A DNA stretch of 64,000 nucleotides from a bacterium (GCA_965221165.1 CBDCRP010000003.1:192001-256000), one strand, 5' to 3'. Positions 39,073 through 49,862 are shown, numbered from the stretch's first letter. The notes: a model not told the origin generated them from the letters alone. Made by a program: numbers and translations.

Positions 39073-40277
39073 CCAATAAACTCCTTATGCAGCACGCGCA
39101 CCGAATTCTCGGAGTCCGCCTGACGAACCACGACGGATATGGAAATCTCGGAAGTCGAGATCATCATGATGTTGATGCGGCTTCTCGCCAATGCGGAGAA
39201 GACGCGCGCCGCCACGCCGGCCTGGCTCTTCATGCCTATGCCCACGACGGAGACTTTTGCGATCTCATCGTCGCGGGAGATGGCGGCGTCGCCCAGGGAT
39301 TCATGCGATTGATGCATGATGCGCTCCACCTCCCCCGCCATGTCGCTGTTCACCGTGATGGAGATGTCGGTCAGGCCGTTTTCGCTCACGTTCTGAACGA
39401 TCATGTCCACCATGATGGATTTCTCGGCCAACTGGCCGAACAAGGCGGCAGCGATGCCGGGCCTGTCGGGCACGCCGCTGACCGTGAGTTTCGATTGTTT
39501 CGAATCGCAGCTCACGCCGCGAACGGCGGGGGACTCGATTCCCGTCGACTCTGGAATGACCAATGTTCCCTCTCCTTCATCAAACGCGGAGCGGACGACG
39601 AGGGGAAGGTCGTATTTCGCCGCCAGATCCACAGAGCGCGCCTGCAACACTTTCGCGCCCAGGGACGCGAGTTCCATCATCTCCTCGAACGATATCTGCT
39701 CCAGGCGCTTCGCGTCGGGGACAAGGCGCGGATCCGCCGTGTATACCCCGTCCACATCGGTATAAATCTCACAGCGATCCGCTTCAAGCGCCGCGGCCAA
39801 CGCCACCGCGGTGAGGTCGGAGCCTCCGCGACCCAGCGTCGTCTCTTCGTCGAACTCATCGACTCCCTGAAAGCCTGCGGCAACGACCACCTTGCCTTCG
39901 TCGAGTTCCTTGATAATCCTCGCCGGGCGGATGGAACGCACGCGGGCCTGGGTATGAGAGCCCTCCGTGAGAATGCCCGCCTGTCCGCCCGTAAGGGATA
40001 TCGCGGGGATTCCGACCGCATCCAGGCCGATGGCCAAAAGCGAACTCGCTATGCGCTCCCCGGAGGTGAGCAACAAATCCATCTCCCGCCCCACCGGCTG
40101 AGGCGAGAGTTCATGCGCGAACCGGATCAGCTTGTCGGTTTCCCCCGCCATCGCGCTCACGACGACGATGATGCGTTCCCAGGAACTCCTCGCCGCCGAT
40201 ATGCGCTTCACCACGCCGCGAATTCTATCCAGGTCGGCCACCGAGGTGCCGCCGAATTTTTTTACGACCAGGCTCAT
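39069..40277 (-). CDS. lysC: Aspartate kinase
   Basis: [33 protein letters not shown], two ACT domains. Confidence 0.96.
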   Translation of the reverse strand: MSLVVKKFGGTSVADLDRIRGVVKRISAARSSWERIIVVVSAMAGETDKLIRFAHELSPQPVGREMDLLLTSGERIASSLLAIGLDAVGIPAISLTGGQAGILTEGSHTQARVRSIRPARIIKELDEGKVVVAAGFQGVDEFDEETTLGRGGSDLTAVALAAALEADRCEIYTDVDGVYTADPRLVPDAKRLEQISFEEMMELASLGAKVLQARSVDLAAKYDLPLVVRSAFDEGEGTLVIPESTGIESPAVRGVSCDSKQSKLTVSGVPDRPGIAAALFGQLAEKSIMVDMIVQNVSENGLTDISITVNSDMAGEVERIMHQSHESLGDAAISRDDEIAKVSVVGIGMKSQAGVAARVFSALARSRINIMMISTSEISISVVVRQADSENSVRVLHKEFIG

Positions 40278-40287
40278 TTTTCCCCTA

Positions 40288-41538
40288 TCATTCTCTGAAC
40301 AATCGTTTTTTCACCGCATCAAGCGAATAGACGCGCTCCGCCCGCTCCAGTTCCTCGGAAAAACCGGCGGCCGAAATTTTTTGCTTCCCGTCGCCGCCGC
40401 GAATCATCCGCCAGAGACCCGCCAATCCGCGCGGTCGTTTCGGCGGTGTGAGATTCTTTCCATCAAAATCCGCCATCGCGAACGGAACCGCATCGGCGCT
40501 CCACTCCTGGGATTCCACGCTGAACCCATGATCCACCGCCACGAGGATACGGCACGGCTCGCTCAGGCCCTCCACCAGGGGCGACATGAACTCGGAGTCG
40601 AACCTCTCGATGGCCTCGATTTTCTCCTCCACCTCGCGCCAGGGGGATATATCGTCCACATCATGGAGCGAGAAGACGAAATCATGACTCGAGAGCGCCT
40701 CGCACACAGTGGCGGAAGCTTTCTCCCCCGGCTCATATACATCCGCACCCCCTAGTTTGGCAAAGCCCTTTGCCAGTTGCGAATCGGTTACCAGCGCCGA
40801 AGCCCGGCCTCCCGTCTTTTCCGAGATTCGCTCCACCTCTTCCGCGAGGCCGCCACCCCAAAGCCATACGGAGTTCGCCGCGAACATCCGGGTTTCCGCC
40901 TTTTCGTTCAACCCCGCATGGGTGGAGAGCACCATCTGGGAATCATTGACGAAATGAACGAAACGACGCGCCTCCTCCGCTAACGGCATGTGATCTCCGA
41001 TGGGCCTTCCGGCGATCGCATGCGGAGGCGAGAATCCGCGAAAAGATTCAGGGGAAAGCGGTGCGCCCGCACCCTTATAAAAGAGAAGCGCCTCGCAGCC
41101 GCCCAGGGATTCATAGCGGAAAGATTCGCCTTCGTCGGGTGGCATGTGCCGCTCCAGGTAAGCGATGAGTTCGCGGTTCTCCTCGTCCGTGACGCCGAAG
41201 CCCCTCGGGTCCAGCATGACGACGCTCGTGGCGCCGGGCTTCAGGCAGACGAAGTTGAGCCGGAAGACGGCTTCCCCCGCCTTGGGGAGAACGTCGGCTG
41301 CGGCGGCCAGCATCAATCCGGGTGACAAAGCGACGGAGGAGGCGAAAAAATTATTCAAGAAACCATCCAGAGAGGGATGCGCATCACCGTACGCAGTAGA
41401 CCAGGTCCCCGAAAACCCCGAACCCGCCAGGCGATCCAGCGCGGGCGTACGGGCCCTTTGCAAGGGCGTTTCGCCACCAAAGTCCGCCACTGGCCTGTCG
41501 GCGAGACCGCGCGCGAGAACCATCAGGATTTTCCGCAT
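40288..41538 (-). CDS. ApgM/iPGM-like (alkaline phosphatase superfamily) protein with degenerate active site
   Basis: G.AD.P......TPL..A.TP.LD.LA..G, FRLN, PPH...G, ANSVWLWG.G, K.EAIE.FD, DH, VPF scaffold; position between hom and lysC. Confidence 0.75.
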   Translation of the reverse strand: MRKILMVLARGLADRPVADFGGETPLQRARTPALDRLAGSGFSGTWSTAYGDAHPSLDGFLNNFFASSVALSPGLMLAAAADVLPKAGEAVFRLNFVCLKPGATSVVMLDPRGFGVTDEENRELIAYLERHMPPDEGESFRYESLGGCEALLFYKGAGAPLSPESFRGFSPPHAIAGRPIGDHMPLAEEARRFVHFVNDSQMVLSTHAGLNEKAETRMFAANSVWLWGGGLAEEVERISEKTGGRASALVTDSQLAKGFAKLGGADVYEPGEKASATVCEALSSHDFVFSLHDVDDISPWREVEEKIEAIERFDSEFMSPLVEGLSEPCRILVAVDHGFSVESQEWSADAVPFAMADFDGKNLTPPKRPRGLAGLWRMIRGGDGKQKISAAGFSEELERAERVYSLDAVKKRLFRE

Positions 41539-41563
41539 CAGGGATGAACTCTTGTCTGCTCGG

Positions 41564-42892
41564 TCACATGAACGCCATACCGTCTGATTCCACACGGATG
41601 AGAGCGTAAGCGGGCTGCACTACGTCGAGGCGGGAAATCTCCCCGAGCGCGGTTTGCATATTTTCCTCCGTCGCCTTATGGGTAAGCAGCACCAGGCGAG
41701 CGTAGCCGTCCTCGCCGGCTCGGCCTTTCTGGACGACGGTTTCGAGGCTGATGTCGTGCTCGCCGAAAACGCCGGAGATGCGGCTCAAGACCCCCGGCTT
41801 GTCCAGGGCCGCGAAACGGACGTAGAAGCGCGTTGAAATTTCCCGGGGCGTCAGGATGTCGAGGCGCGCGCGCTGGTCAGGCAAAAAAGCGGCGGCGGGA
41901 ATCCGCGAGTCGCCGCCATTCTCGATCCACCTCGCCACTTCGATGATGTCGCCCACCACGGCGGAAGCCGTGGCTTCTGAACCCGCGCCTTTACCGATGA
42001 AAACCTGAGGCCCTGCATTCGCCCCCGAGACGGCCACCGCATTATAGACTCCGCCCACCCGCGAGAGGGGGTGGTTTTCGGGAAGCATCGTCGGGTGAAC
42101 GCGGATATCGAGTTTGCCGTCCGTCTCTTGCGCCATGGCGATGAGCTTGATTCGGTAGCCAAGTTCCTTGGCGATGTCGATGTCGACGGAAGTAACGTGG
42201 CGTATCCCTTCCGTATGGTAATCCTCGACATCCACGGGCGTGCCATACGCCAGGTTCGCCAGAATCGCTATCTTGTGGGACGCATCGACGCCGTCGATAT
42301 CAAAAGCCGGGTCGGCCTCGGCGTAGCCGAGTTCCTGCGCGCGCTCGAGCGTCTCGCCGAAGTCCGCGCCCATTTCCGTCATCCGGCTCAGAATATAGTT
42401 GCACGTGCCGTTCAGAATGCCGGCGAGCCTTTCGATTCTATCCGCCGCGAAAGCCTCGCGTAAATTCCTGACTATCGGAATACCGCCCGCGACGGACGCC
42501 TCGAAACCCAGGGGACAGCCCGCCTTCTCCGCCGCGGCGAATATCTCCTCACCGTGGACGGCGAGCACAGCCTTGTTCGCGGTCACCACCGGCTTTTTCT
42601 TGCCGATCGCCCGAAGGATGTGCCGCCTGGCGTCGTCCGTACCGCCGATGAGTTCCGCGACCACGTGCACGTCGGGCGAGTCGATGACCGCCTCGAAATC
42701 CGTACCCAGATTCCCGGAAGCCACTCCGCGCGCCGTCTTGTTCTTGGTGAAGATGCTGCGGTCCGCGATTCTGGAGACGCACATTTCCACGCCGAGGCGT
42801 CTTTGGATCAACTCGCGCTGTTCATCGAGCAGATTCGCCACGCCGCTTCCGACCGTGCCCAAACCCAATATGCCGACGCAAATTTTCTTCAT
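41564..42892 (-). CDS. hom: Homoserine dehydrogenase (C-terminal ACT)
   Basis: GLGTVG, ELIGG, VTANKA, FEASVAGGIP, GILNGTCNYIL, GYAEADP, GAGS..TASAV. Confidence 0.96.
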   Translation of the reverse strand: MKKICVGILGLGTVGSGVANLLDEQRELIQRRLGVEMCVSRIADRSIFTKNKTARGVASGNLGTDFEAVIDSPDVHVVAELIGGTDDARRHILRAIGKKKPVVTANKAVLAVHGEEIFAAAEKAGCPLGFEASVAGGIPIVRNLREAFAADRIERLAGILNGTCNYILSRMTEMGADFGETLERAQELGYAEADPAFDIDGVDASHKIAILANLAYGTPVDVEDYHTEGIRHVTSVDIDIAKELGYRIKLIAMAQETDGKLDIRVHPTMLPENHPLSRVGGVYNAVAVSGANAGPQVFIGKGAGSEATASAVVGDIIEVARWIENGGDSRIPAAAFLPDQRARLDILTPREISTRFYVRFAALDKPGVLSRISGVFGEHDISLETVVQKGRAGEDGYARLVLLTHKATEENMQTALGEISRLDVVQPAYALIRVESDGMAFM

Positions 42893-42918
42893 GTCCCTTG
42901 TCTCGATCAAGCGGCGGA

Positions 42919-44115
42919 CTAGCTCGCCGCTCGCCTGGACGCTTTTTCCTGAAATATGGAGCGGAGGTTTTTGAGCGCCTGACGCGTGCGGTGCTCATTC
43001 TCCACGAGCGCGAAGCGTACGTGCCCATCCCCCAACTCGCCGAAGCCGACGCCCGGCGATACGGCCACCTCTGTTTCCTTCAACAAGAACTTGGAGAACT
43101 CCAGAGAACCCATCTCTTTATAAGGTTGAGGAATCTCCGCCCAGACGAACATCGTGCCTTTGGGTTTTGGAACGTGCCAGCCGATTCTCTCCAACCCGTT
43201 GCACAGCGCGTCGCGGCGACTCTGGTAGATCTGCCGTATTTCCTCGACACATTCCTGAGAGCCGTTGAGCGCGATGATCGACGCGATCTGGATGGGCTGG
43301 AACGCGCCGTAGTCCAGGTAGCTCTTGATGCGCCTGAGCGCGCTGATAATCTCGCGGTTCCCCACGGCGAAGCCCATCCGCCACCCGGGCATCGAGTAGC
43401 TCTTGGAGAGCGAGAAAAACTCCACGCTCACATCCTTCGCGCCCTTCACCTGCAATATGCTGGGCGGCTCGTAGCCATCGAACCCCAGGTCGGCATAAGC
43501 GAAATCATGCACGACGATGAGGTTGTACTCTTTCGCGAAGGCGACGACTTTTTCAAAAAAATCAAGAGCCACGCAAACCGTGGTGGGATTGTGCGGAAAA
43601 CTCAGAACGAGGATTTTCGGCCGCGGCCATATCGGACGAATGATGTCGGTCATGTTCTCGAAAAAATCATCCCCCTGCGAGAGCGGCACATGAATCACGT
43701 TGCCGTTCGCCAACACCATGGCGTAGGTATGGATGGGGTATGTGGGACTCGGCACCATGACCAAATCGCCCGGGTTCGTGATGGCCAAGGCCAGATGGGA
43801 GATGCCCTCCTTCACGCCGATGGTGACGATGGCCTCCTCTTCGGGGTCGATATTCACGTCATAGCGGCGGCCGTACCAGTCGGCGATGGCCATCCGCAGA
43901 CGGGTGATGCCGCGCGAAGCGCTATAGCGGTGATTCCTGGGATTCGTCGCCGCCTCCACGAGCTTTTCCACGATGTGCGGCGGGGTGGCGAGGTCCGGGT
44001 TCCCCATGCCGAAATCGATGATGTCATCGCCCCGGCGGCGGGCCTCGATTTTCAGTTCATCGACGCCCGCGAAGACATAGGGGGGCAGACGCGTAATGCG
44101 CTGGAACTCATACAT
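42919..44115 (-). CDS. alaC: PLP-dependent class I aminotransferase (AlaC/YfdZ-like)
   Basis: [46 protein letters not shown]; upstream of hom. Confidence 0.8.
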   Translation of the reverse strand: MYEFQRITRLPPYVFAGVDELKIEARRRGDDIIDFGMGNPDLATPPHIVEKLVEAATNPRNHRYSASRGITRLRMAIADWYGRRYDVNIDPEEEAIVTIGVKEGISHLALAITNPGDLVMVPSPTYPIHTYAMVLANGNVIHVPLSQGDDFFENMTDIIRPIWPRPKILVLSFPHNPTTVCVALDFFEKVVAFAKEYNLIVVHDFAYADLGFDGYEPPSILQVKGAKDVSVEFFSLSKSYSMPGWRMGFAVGNREIISALRRIKSYLDYGAFQPIQIASIIALNGSQECVEEIRQIYQSRRDALCNGLERIGWHVPKPKGTMFVWAEIPQPYKEMGSLEFSKFLLKETEVAVSPGVGFGELGDGHVRFALVENEHRTRQALKNLRSIFQEKASRRAAS

Positions 44116-44127
44116 GATCAAGAATCC

Positions 44128-45111
44128 TCAACTAACCGGCAAAGAAATCAGGCGATGGGAGGGAGCCGGAACATTCCGTCCCGAGCCATCCTCCGTCATG
44201 AAGGCGCGGCCCTCGGGGTCTCCCTCGGGTTTCCCGTCCGCCAGCCCCCGGGAGGCGTGCAGGGCTTCTTCCGCATTGTAAGAACTCCGCACGAATGGAC
44301 CCGCGAACACGTGCGCGAACCCCCTCGCCTCACCCGCGTGCCGGTAGCGCGCATACACGTCGGGGTGAATGTACTCGCGAACGGGAATCGCCTTTTTCCG
44401 GGGCGATAGATACTGTCCAATCGTCATGATCCGGCAATCCACCCTTTCATCTCTCAAATCATCCATCAAGGAGAGCACGTCCTTTTCGGTTTCACCCATG
44501 CCGACCATGACGCCGCTTTTCGTCACCATCTCCGGGGCAATTTCTCTTGCCATGCCGATGACGCGCAGCGAGCGCTCATAATCGCCGTTGGGCCGCGTAC
44601 TCTTGAACAGGCGCCTCACCGTCTCGATGTTGTGATTAAAAACATCCGGCCCGGCGCGAACCACCCGCTCGACCGCATCGAAATCGCCCATGAAATCGCT
44701 CACCAAAACCTCTACCGTGGTCCGGGGCAGCAACTCGCGAATCGCTTCGATAGTCGCCACCACGTGGCCGGCCGCGCCATCGGGCAAATCATCGCGATTC
44801 ACCATCGTGACGACCACATGCTCGAGCCCCAGTGATTTCGCGGCCTCGGCCACATGCAGCGGCTCGTTTGCGTCCAGAGGCTCCGGCGCGCCCTTCGTGA
44901 CGGCGCAATAGCCGCAAGTTCTGGTGCATACATCCCCGCCAATCATGAAGGTGGCCGTGTTGCGTGAAAAACACTCGAACAGGTTCGGGCAACGGGCTTC
45001 CTCGCACACGGTGTGCAGATGCTTGTTGCGCATCAGCGCCTTGACGTCGTGAGAACGGCTCGGACTCGGCAGCCGCTTTACGAGCCATGGGGGAAAGCGT
45101 CGAGAAGCCAT
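44128..45111 (-). CDS. lipA: Lipoyl synthase
   Basis: CEEARCPNLFEC, CTRTCGYC radical SAM motif, NHNIETV, TIGQYL, VRSSY. Confidence 0.96.
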   Translation of the reverse strand: MASRRFPPWLVKRLPSPSRSHDVKALMRNKHLHTVCEEARCPNLFECFSRNTATFMIGGDVCTRTCGYCAVTKGAPEPLDANEPLHVAEAAKSLGLEHVVVTMVNRDDLPDGAAGHVVATIEAIRELLPRTTVEVLVSDFMGDFDAVERVVRAGPDVFNHNIETVRRLFKSTRPNGDYERSLRVIGMAREIAPEMVTKSGVMVGMGETEKDVLSLMDDLRDERVDCRIMTIGQYLSPRKKAIPVREYIHPDVYARYRHAGEARGFAHVFAGPFVRSSYNAEEALHASRGLADGKPEGDPEGRAFMTEDGSGRNVPAPSHRLISLPVS

Positions 45112-45146
45112 CGAATTGCCTCCGCTCCCGGGAATCGGGAGGCTGC

Positions 45147-45175
45147 ATCTTAGAAACGGAAACCGCAGGTGTCAA
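45147..45175 (-). promoter_or_regulatory. Near-consensus sigma70 promoter of lipA with an AT-rich upstream tract
   Basis: TTGACA-N17-TAAGAT; AT-rich 45176-45228 directly upstream. Confidence 0.65.
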
Positions 45176-45228
45176 GATTAAAGCTATTTATAGCAAATAA
45201 ACTGCAAATCATTGTATTCAAAATTACT

Positions 45229-46047
45229 TCACATAGGAGCGATTTTGGCCCCCGCGAGGTTCATTTTCGCCCTGATCTCGGAGAGCGCTTTTCGGGCCTC
45301 CGCCTTGTCCCGATAGTGTCCCACCCGGACGCGGTACCACGTTCCCCTGGCGCCGAGATCCGCATTCCTGATGTAGGGTTGAAAGCCCGTGTCCCTCAGC
45401 CTCCGGACGGTTCGAAGCGCCTCATCGAATGTTTGGACCGAAACCACCTGAATGGTATATCCGCTTGCTTCCATCCAGGGTTTCGAGGTGCGCAGGCTCG
45501 CCTCCGACCGCTTTTTGGGTTCTTCATCGAGCGCATCCATATCGTCTTGCTTCTCGGCAACCATCTCCCCTGTAGGCTTCTCCACCGCAGCCACAGGCGG
45601 GGGCAGCGGCGTCGGTTCGGGCGAGCTTTTCTTTCTCACCACCGGCAACTTGATGGGTTCGATGGGCTGCTCGTATTCCTGTCCTTCCATGAGCAGGTCC
45701 TGATAAAATTTCGGCTTGATGATATCTGCAGGTCTGCTCGACACCTCTGTTTTCGTTTCGGGCGTCTTTTTTCGTTCGGGCATCTTTTTCAAGGCGACGA
45801 CCGCGCCGGGCGCGGCATTTTCGCCCTTGCCCCTTTCGAGGCCTAAAAGTTCGGCCGCAACCCCGGCCACCTCACTCGATGCGCCGCGCGCACCCCAGTG
45901 ATAGCCGAGGCCAAAAGACGCGGCCGTCACCACGAGGAGGACGAGGGCGAAAACACCGGCCTGCATTTTGCCGAAAACAATCCGGTAGCGCTTTCCGGAT
46001 GCGCGGCGCGGGGACTTCATGGGTTTTCTCGTTTTTCGTGGGCGCAT
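45229..46047 (-). CDS. SPOR-domain membrane protein (FtsN/DedD-like)
   Basis: N-terminal TM, Pro/Glu/Lys-rich linker, C-terminal YTIQV.S...A...L...G...WYRVRVG; follows argS. Confidence 0.85.
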   Translation of the reverse strand: MRPRKTRKPMKSPRRASGKRYRIVFGKMQAGVFALVLLVVTAASFGLGYHWGARGASSEVAGVAAELLGLERGKGENAAPGAVVALKKMPERKKTPETKTEVSSRPADIIKPKFYQDLLMEGQEYEQPIEPIKLPVVRKKSSPEPTPLPPPVAAVEKPTGEMVAEKQDDMDALDEEPKKRSEASLRTSKPWMEASGYTIQVVSVQTFDEALRTVRRLRDTGFQPYIRNADLGARGTWYRVRVGHYRDKAEARKALSEIRAKMNLAGAKIAPM

Positions 46048-46052
46048 GCCGA

Positions 46053-47732
46053 TTACATCTTTTCGGGGGCGGAGACTCCCAACAAATTCAAGCCGCTCTT
46101 CAGGACGACTTGCACGCACTTCGTGAGACACAGGCGGGCGCGGGTGACCTCCGCGCGCTGTCCCAGTATGCGGTTGCGATTATAATAGGCATGAAACTGT
46201 TTGGCGAGAGCGATGAGGCCGAATGTGACGTGGTGGGGCTCCAGCCTCTCGGCCGCTATTCGCACCACGTCGGGCCATTCGAGGAGATTCTTCATAAGCC
46301 CGTGCTCCTCGTCCAGCACGAGCACTCCGGGCGGCGCCTCCTCGAGGTCACCGGGCGATTCGCCTTCTTCCGCCGCCTGCCTGAAAAGACTGCACGCGCG
46401 CGCATGGGCGTATTGAACATAGTAGACCGGATTCTCGCTGCTTTGTTCTTTCGCCAAATCCAGGTCGAACTCCAGCGCCGTGTCCGCGCTCCTCATCAGG
46501 AAGAAAAAACGGGCCGCGTCCACGCCCACTTCATTCACAACGGAGGATAATTCCTCGAACTCGCCCGAGCGCGTGCTCATCTGCACCGCCTCGCCGCTAC
46601 GGCGCAAGCTCACAAACTGAACGAAGAGAACGTCGAGCTTTTCGGGTTCATGGCCGAGCATCTCCACCGCCGCGCGCACCCGGGGCAAATACCCGTGATG
46701 ATCCGCCCCCCACACGTTGACGTAACGGTCGAAGCCGCGCTCGTACTTGAGGTGATGATAGGCGATGTCCGAAGCCAGATAGGTCGGGCGGCCGTCGTCT
46801 CGCACGACGACGCGATCCTTTTCATCCCCGTGCGCACTCGAAGCGAGCCACCTGGCCCCGTCTTTCTCATAGAGTTCTTTGTTCGCCTCGAGCGCGGCGA
46901 TCGCTTTCTCCACCCTGTTCCCGTTTTCCGAGAACAAAGAAGACTCGCTGAACCATTCATCGAAATGAACCCGGAACTCGGCGAGGGATTTTTCGATATC
47001 CTCCAATATCAAATCCTTGGCGATGACGCCCGCTTGCGAGAGAAGGATTTTTTCTCCCTTCCCGACAAACGGCTCGACGCCCTCCCGAAACCTGGGCGAC
47101 TTGACGATCTCGCGAATGTATTCGCCCTGGTAGGCATCCTCGGGAAAGTCCACCGCCTCGCCCCTCACGTCTTGTAAGTAGCGCGCGTAGGCCGATTTCG
47201 CCAACGTCTCGATCTGGTTGCCCGCATCGTTGATGTAATACTCCCGGTGCACGCGAAACCCCGACGCCTCCATCACGCGGCCCAGGACATCGCCTAGCGC
47301 AGCGCCCCGTCCATGGCCGACGTGAAGCGGACCCGTGGGATTTGCGCTCACGAACTCCAGATGAACGGATTTGCCCGCCCCCAATTCGTTTTTTCCAAAA
47401 TCATCCGGCGAGGTCAATATCTCCTTGAGCTTCGCGCACAGGTAATCTCCATCGAGATAGAGGTTGATGAAGCCCGGTTTTTCGATTCGAACGTCTTCCA
47501 AAAACCCTTCCGGCGCCTCGAAGTGTTTTACGATTTGCTCTGCAATCACCAGGGGCGCCTTGCGCTCGGCCCTGGCCAGCGTCATCGCGATGTTGCAGGA
47601 AAAATCGCCAAACGCCTCGTTCTGCGGCGTTTCGATGACGACCGCAGGCCTGCCCCCGGAAGTCAGGTCGCCCGCTGCGCGAGCGCTTTCGAACGCGTTC
47701 TCGAATATGGGGACCAGCATTTCTTTCAACAC
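46053..47732 (-). CDS. argS: Arginine--tRNA ligase
   Basis: GDFSCN.A, PGFIN, EFVSANPTGPLHVGHGRGA, WGADHHGY, MSTRSG, NPVYYVQYAHAR, SAPEKM. Confidence 0.97.
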   Translation of the reverse strand: MLKEMLVPIFENAFESARAAGDLTSGGRPAVVIETPQNEAFGDFSCNIAMTLARAERKAPLVIAEQIVKHFEAPEGFLEDVRIEKPGFINLYLDGDYLCAKLKEILTSPDDFGKNELGAGKSVHLEFVSANPTGPLHVGHGRGAALGDVLGRVMEASGFRVHREYYINDAGNQIETLAKSAYARYLQDVRGEAVDFPEDAYQGEYIREIVKSPRFREGVEPFVGKGEKILLSQAGVIAKDLILEDIEKSLAEFRVHFDEWFSESSLFSENGNRVEKAIAALEANKELYEKDGARWLASSAHGDEKDRVVVRDDGRPTYLASDIAYHHLKYERGFDRYVNVWGADHHGYLPRVRAAVEMLGHEPEKLDVLFVQFVSLRRSGEAVQMSTRSGEFEELSSVVNEVGVDAARFFFLMRSADTALEFDLDLAKEQSSENPVYYVQYAHARACSLFRQAAEEGESPGDLEEAPPGVLVLDEEHGLMKNLLEWPDVVRIAAERLEPHHVTFGLIALAKQFHAYYNRNRILGQRAEVTRARLCLTKCVQVVLKSGLNLLGVSAPEKM

Positions 47733-47798
47733 GAGAGCCTCATGAAAAAAAACAACCGGAGCAACGAGAGGAACAAATACCGCTACCGCGGAATTCCG

Positions 47799-48551
47799 TC
47801 AACGCGAAACCGGGGTGTGGCCCGAGCGCCCGGGCAGGGTCTTTCCGCTATGATATTTCAAAAACGCTTCTGCGCACCCGATGATCTCGGACCGCAAGGA
47901 CGCGGCGAACCGAATGGAAAAACACTTATCCACCGGCAAGCGAAGAACCTCTCTCGTCGCGGCGACGGCGCCGGCGCGCAAACGCACTTCCCGAGCGGGA
48001 GACTGCGGGCACCTCGCACAGCGCAACTCGCCCGTTGCAACATCAAAGCGCGCCGTTTCACTTCCCGGTTTTTTCTCGCACTCCGCGCAATACTCAAGGC
48101 CCGGGCGCAGCCCCATCGTCTTGAGCAGCATGAGGAGAAAAATTCCCTCCATACTCGACGCGCTCGCGCCCGTCTCCAGGGTTTCGAGCGAGAAGCGGAG
48201 CAACAGATAGTGCGCTCTCTCGCCCTCATCCACGTTCAACACCGCATCGAGTATCTTCAAAAGGCGGGACGCCACCCGCATGGCCTCATAGTCTTTCCAG
48301 AGTCTTTGATAGACCAGGGTCGTCTCGCATTTTCGCATCGTGCCCAAACCCGAGACGCTGCGCCGGCTCCACTCGATATGACTCTGGCTTGCGGGTTCGA
48401 GTCCCACGCCCACCCTGGCCTTCGCCGAGCGCACGCCCTTGGCCACCAAGCGCACCTTGCCCTGTTCTTTGGTCAAGAACGTGACTATCAGGCTCGTATT
48501 CGAATATGCGCGCGCGCCCAGGACGATGGCTTCGTCGCTTAAAATAGCCAA
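47799..48551 (-). CDS. recO: DNA repair protein RecO
   Basis: EAIVL....Y....IV..LT...G.V..VAKG, CAEC...CARC Zn finger; near era. Confidence 0.88.
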   Translation of the reverse strand: MAILSDEAIVLGARAYSNTSLIVTFLTKEQGKVRLVAKGVRSAKARVGVGLEPASQSHIEWSRRSVSGLGTMRKCETTLVYQRLWKDYEAMRVASRLLKILDAVLNVDEGERAHYLLLRFSLETLETGASASSMEGIFLLMLLKTMGLRPGLEYCAECEKKPGSETARFDVATGELRCARCPQSPAREVRLRAGAVAATREVLRLPVDKCFSIRFAASLRSEIIGCAEAFLKYHSGKTLPGRSGHTPVSR

Positions 48552-48586
48552 GAAAACGCCCCCCAACAGGTCTTCTTTTTTAGGTC

Positions 48587-48615
48587 TTGACGAAATCCGG
48601 CGGATGAGAGATAGT
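48587..48615 (+). promoter_or_regulatory. Putative sigma70 promoter of rpsU
   Basis: TTGACG-N17-GATAGT. Confidence 0.45.
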
Positions 48616-48678
48616 TTGCGTCCTGAAAGATTCTATTTTCTGTCGTCTCATACCGCAAACGGGAGGAACACAACCAAT

Positions 48679-48867
48679 ATGCCAGGCGTGAAAGTACACG
48701 AGGGTGAATCCATCGACAAGGCTTTGAAACAGTTCAAGAAACAATGCGAGAAATCAGGCATTCTCACGGAAATCAAAAAGCGCGAGTATTACGAAAAACC
48801 CAGTGTGAAGCGCAAAAGAAAGATACTCGCCGCGCACAAAAAGCGCATGCGCGCCCAGAACCGCTAA
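48679..48867 (+). CDS. rpsU: 30S ribosomal protein S21
   Basis: [46 protein letters not shown]; GGAGG RBS. It is the 3' part of track ORF 48439..48867. Confidence 0.96.
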   Translation: MPGVKVHEGESIDKALKQFKKQCEKSGILTEIKKREYYEKPSVKRKRKILAAHKKRMRAQNR

Positions 48868-48869
48868 AC

Positions 48870-49862
48870 CTAGACATTCTCATACCCTAGCTCCTGAAGC
48901 GCGGCGTCCTTCTGCCGCCAGTTGGGTTTGAGCCGCACCTTGAGGCCGAGATATATCTGCTCGCCCAGGCGGCGTTCAATCTCCTTTCTCGAAAATTCTC
49001 CGATTTTCTTAATCTGCCCCCCTCCTTTTCCCACAAGAATGCCCCGCTGGCTCTTTCGCTCCACATATATTTCCGCCTCGACGTGCAAAAGGCCGGAACC
49101 CGCGGCGCGCTCCATCTCCCGCACCCTCACCGCCACGGCGTAGGGGATTTCCTTGTGTAGCCGGCGATACACCTGCTCGCGAACGAATTCTTCTATCAGG
49201 AGGGCTTCGCTGATGTCGGTCGTCATATCGGGAGAAAAGTATCTCGGGCCTTCAGGGAGAGCCTTTATGATATCTCCCACCAGTGGCTCCACGTTATCCC
49301 CCTTGAGCGCCGAGATCGGGTATGCCTTCCTGAATCCATCGTTTTCGGCGTGTTTCGCCAGAACGGGCAAGAGTTTCGTCTTGTCTTTCATCCGGTCCAC
49401 CTTGTTGATGAGGAGAAACGCAGGCACGCCCGCATCCTCAATGAAGGCGAGCGCATTCTCGTCCACCTCGCCCTCGAAGTCGTCGGTCATGAACAGGGCG
49501 AGGTCCGCCCCCGAGCACGCGGCCTTCACCTCTTCGAGCAGAAAACGCCCGAGTTTCGAGGCGGGACGCTCGATGCCCGGGGTATCGAAAAAAGCCGCCT
49601 GCGCGTTTTCCGTGTTCAACACGCCGAGAAGCCTGCGTCTCGTGGTTCCGGGCTTTCGGGTAACGATGGCGAGTTTTTCCCCGAGGATGCGGTTGAGAAG
49701 AGTGGATTTGCCCACGTTCGGGCGGCCGATGATGGCGATGAAGCCCGAGCGAAACCCCTCCGGTGTTTCGGGGTGCTCATCGGCGCTTCTCAAGATTTTA
49801 TCGAGGTCGAGCGTGCGCGCATCGCCCCCGGTTCGAGGCGCCCTCTTCTTCTTCCGCGGCAC
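48870..49862 (-). CDS. era: GTPase Era
   Basis: GRPNVGKSTL, TTR, DTPG, NKVD, ISAL, KH domain with ILVGKGG..IK.IG. Confidence 0.96.
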   Translation of the reverse strand: MPRKKKRAPRTGGDARTLDLDKILRSADEHPETPEGFRSGFIAIIGRPNVGKSTLLNRILGEKLAIVTRKPGTTRRRLLGVLNTENAQAAFFDTPGIERPASKLGRFLLEEVKAACSGADLALFMTDDFEGEVDENALAFIEDAGVPAFLLINKVDRMKDKTKLLPVLAKHAENDGFRKAYPISALKGDNVEPLVGDIIKALPEGPRYFSPDMTTDISEALLIEEFVREQVYRRLHKEIPYAVAVRVREMERAAGSGLLHVEAEIYVERKSQRGILVGKGGGQIKKIGEFSRKEIERRLGEQIYLGLKVRLKPNWRQKDAALQELGYENV

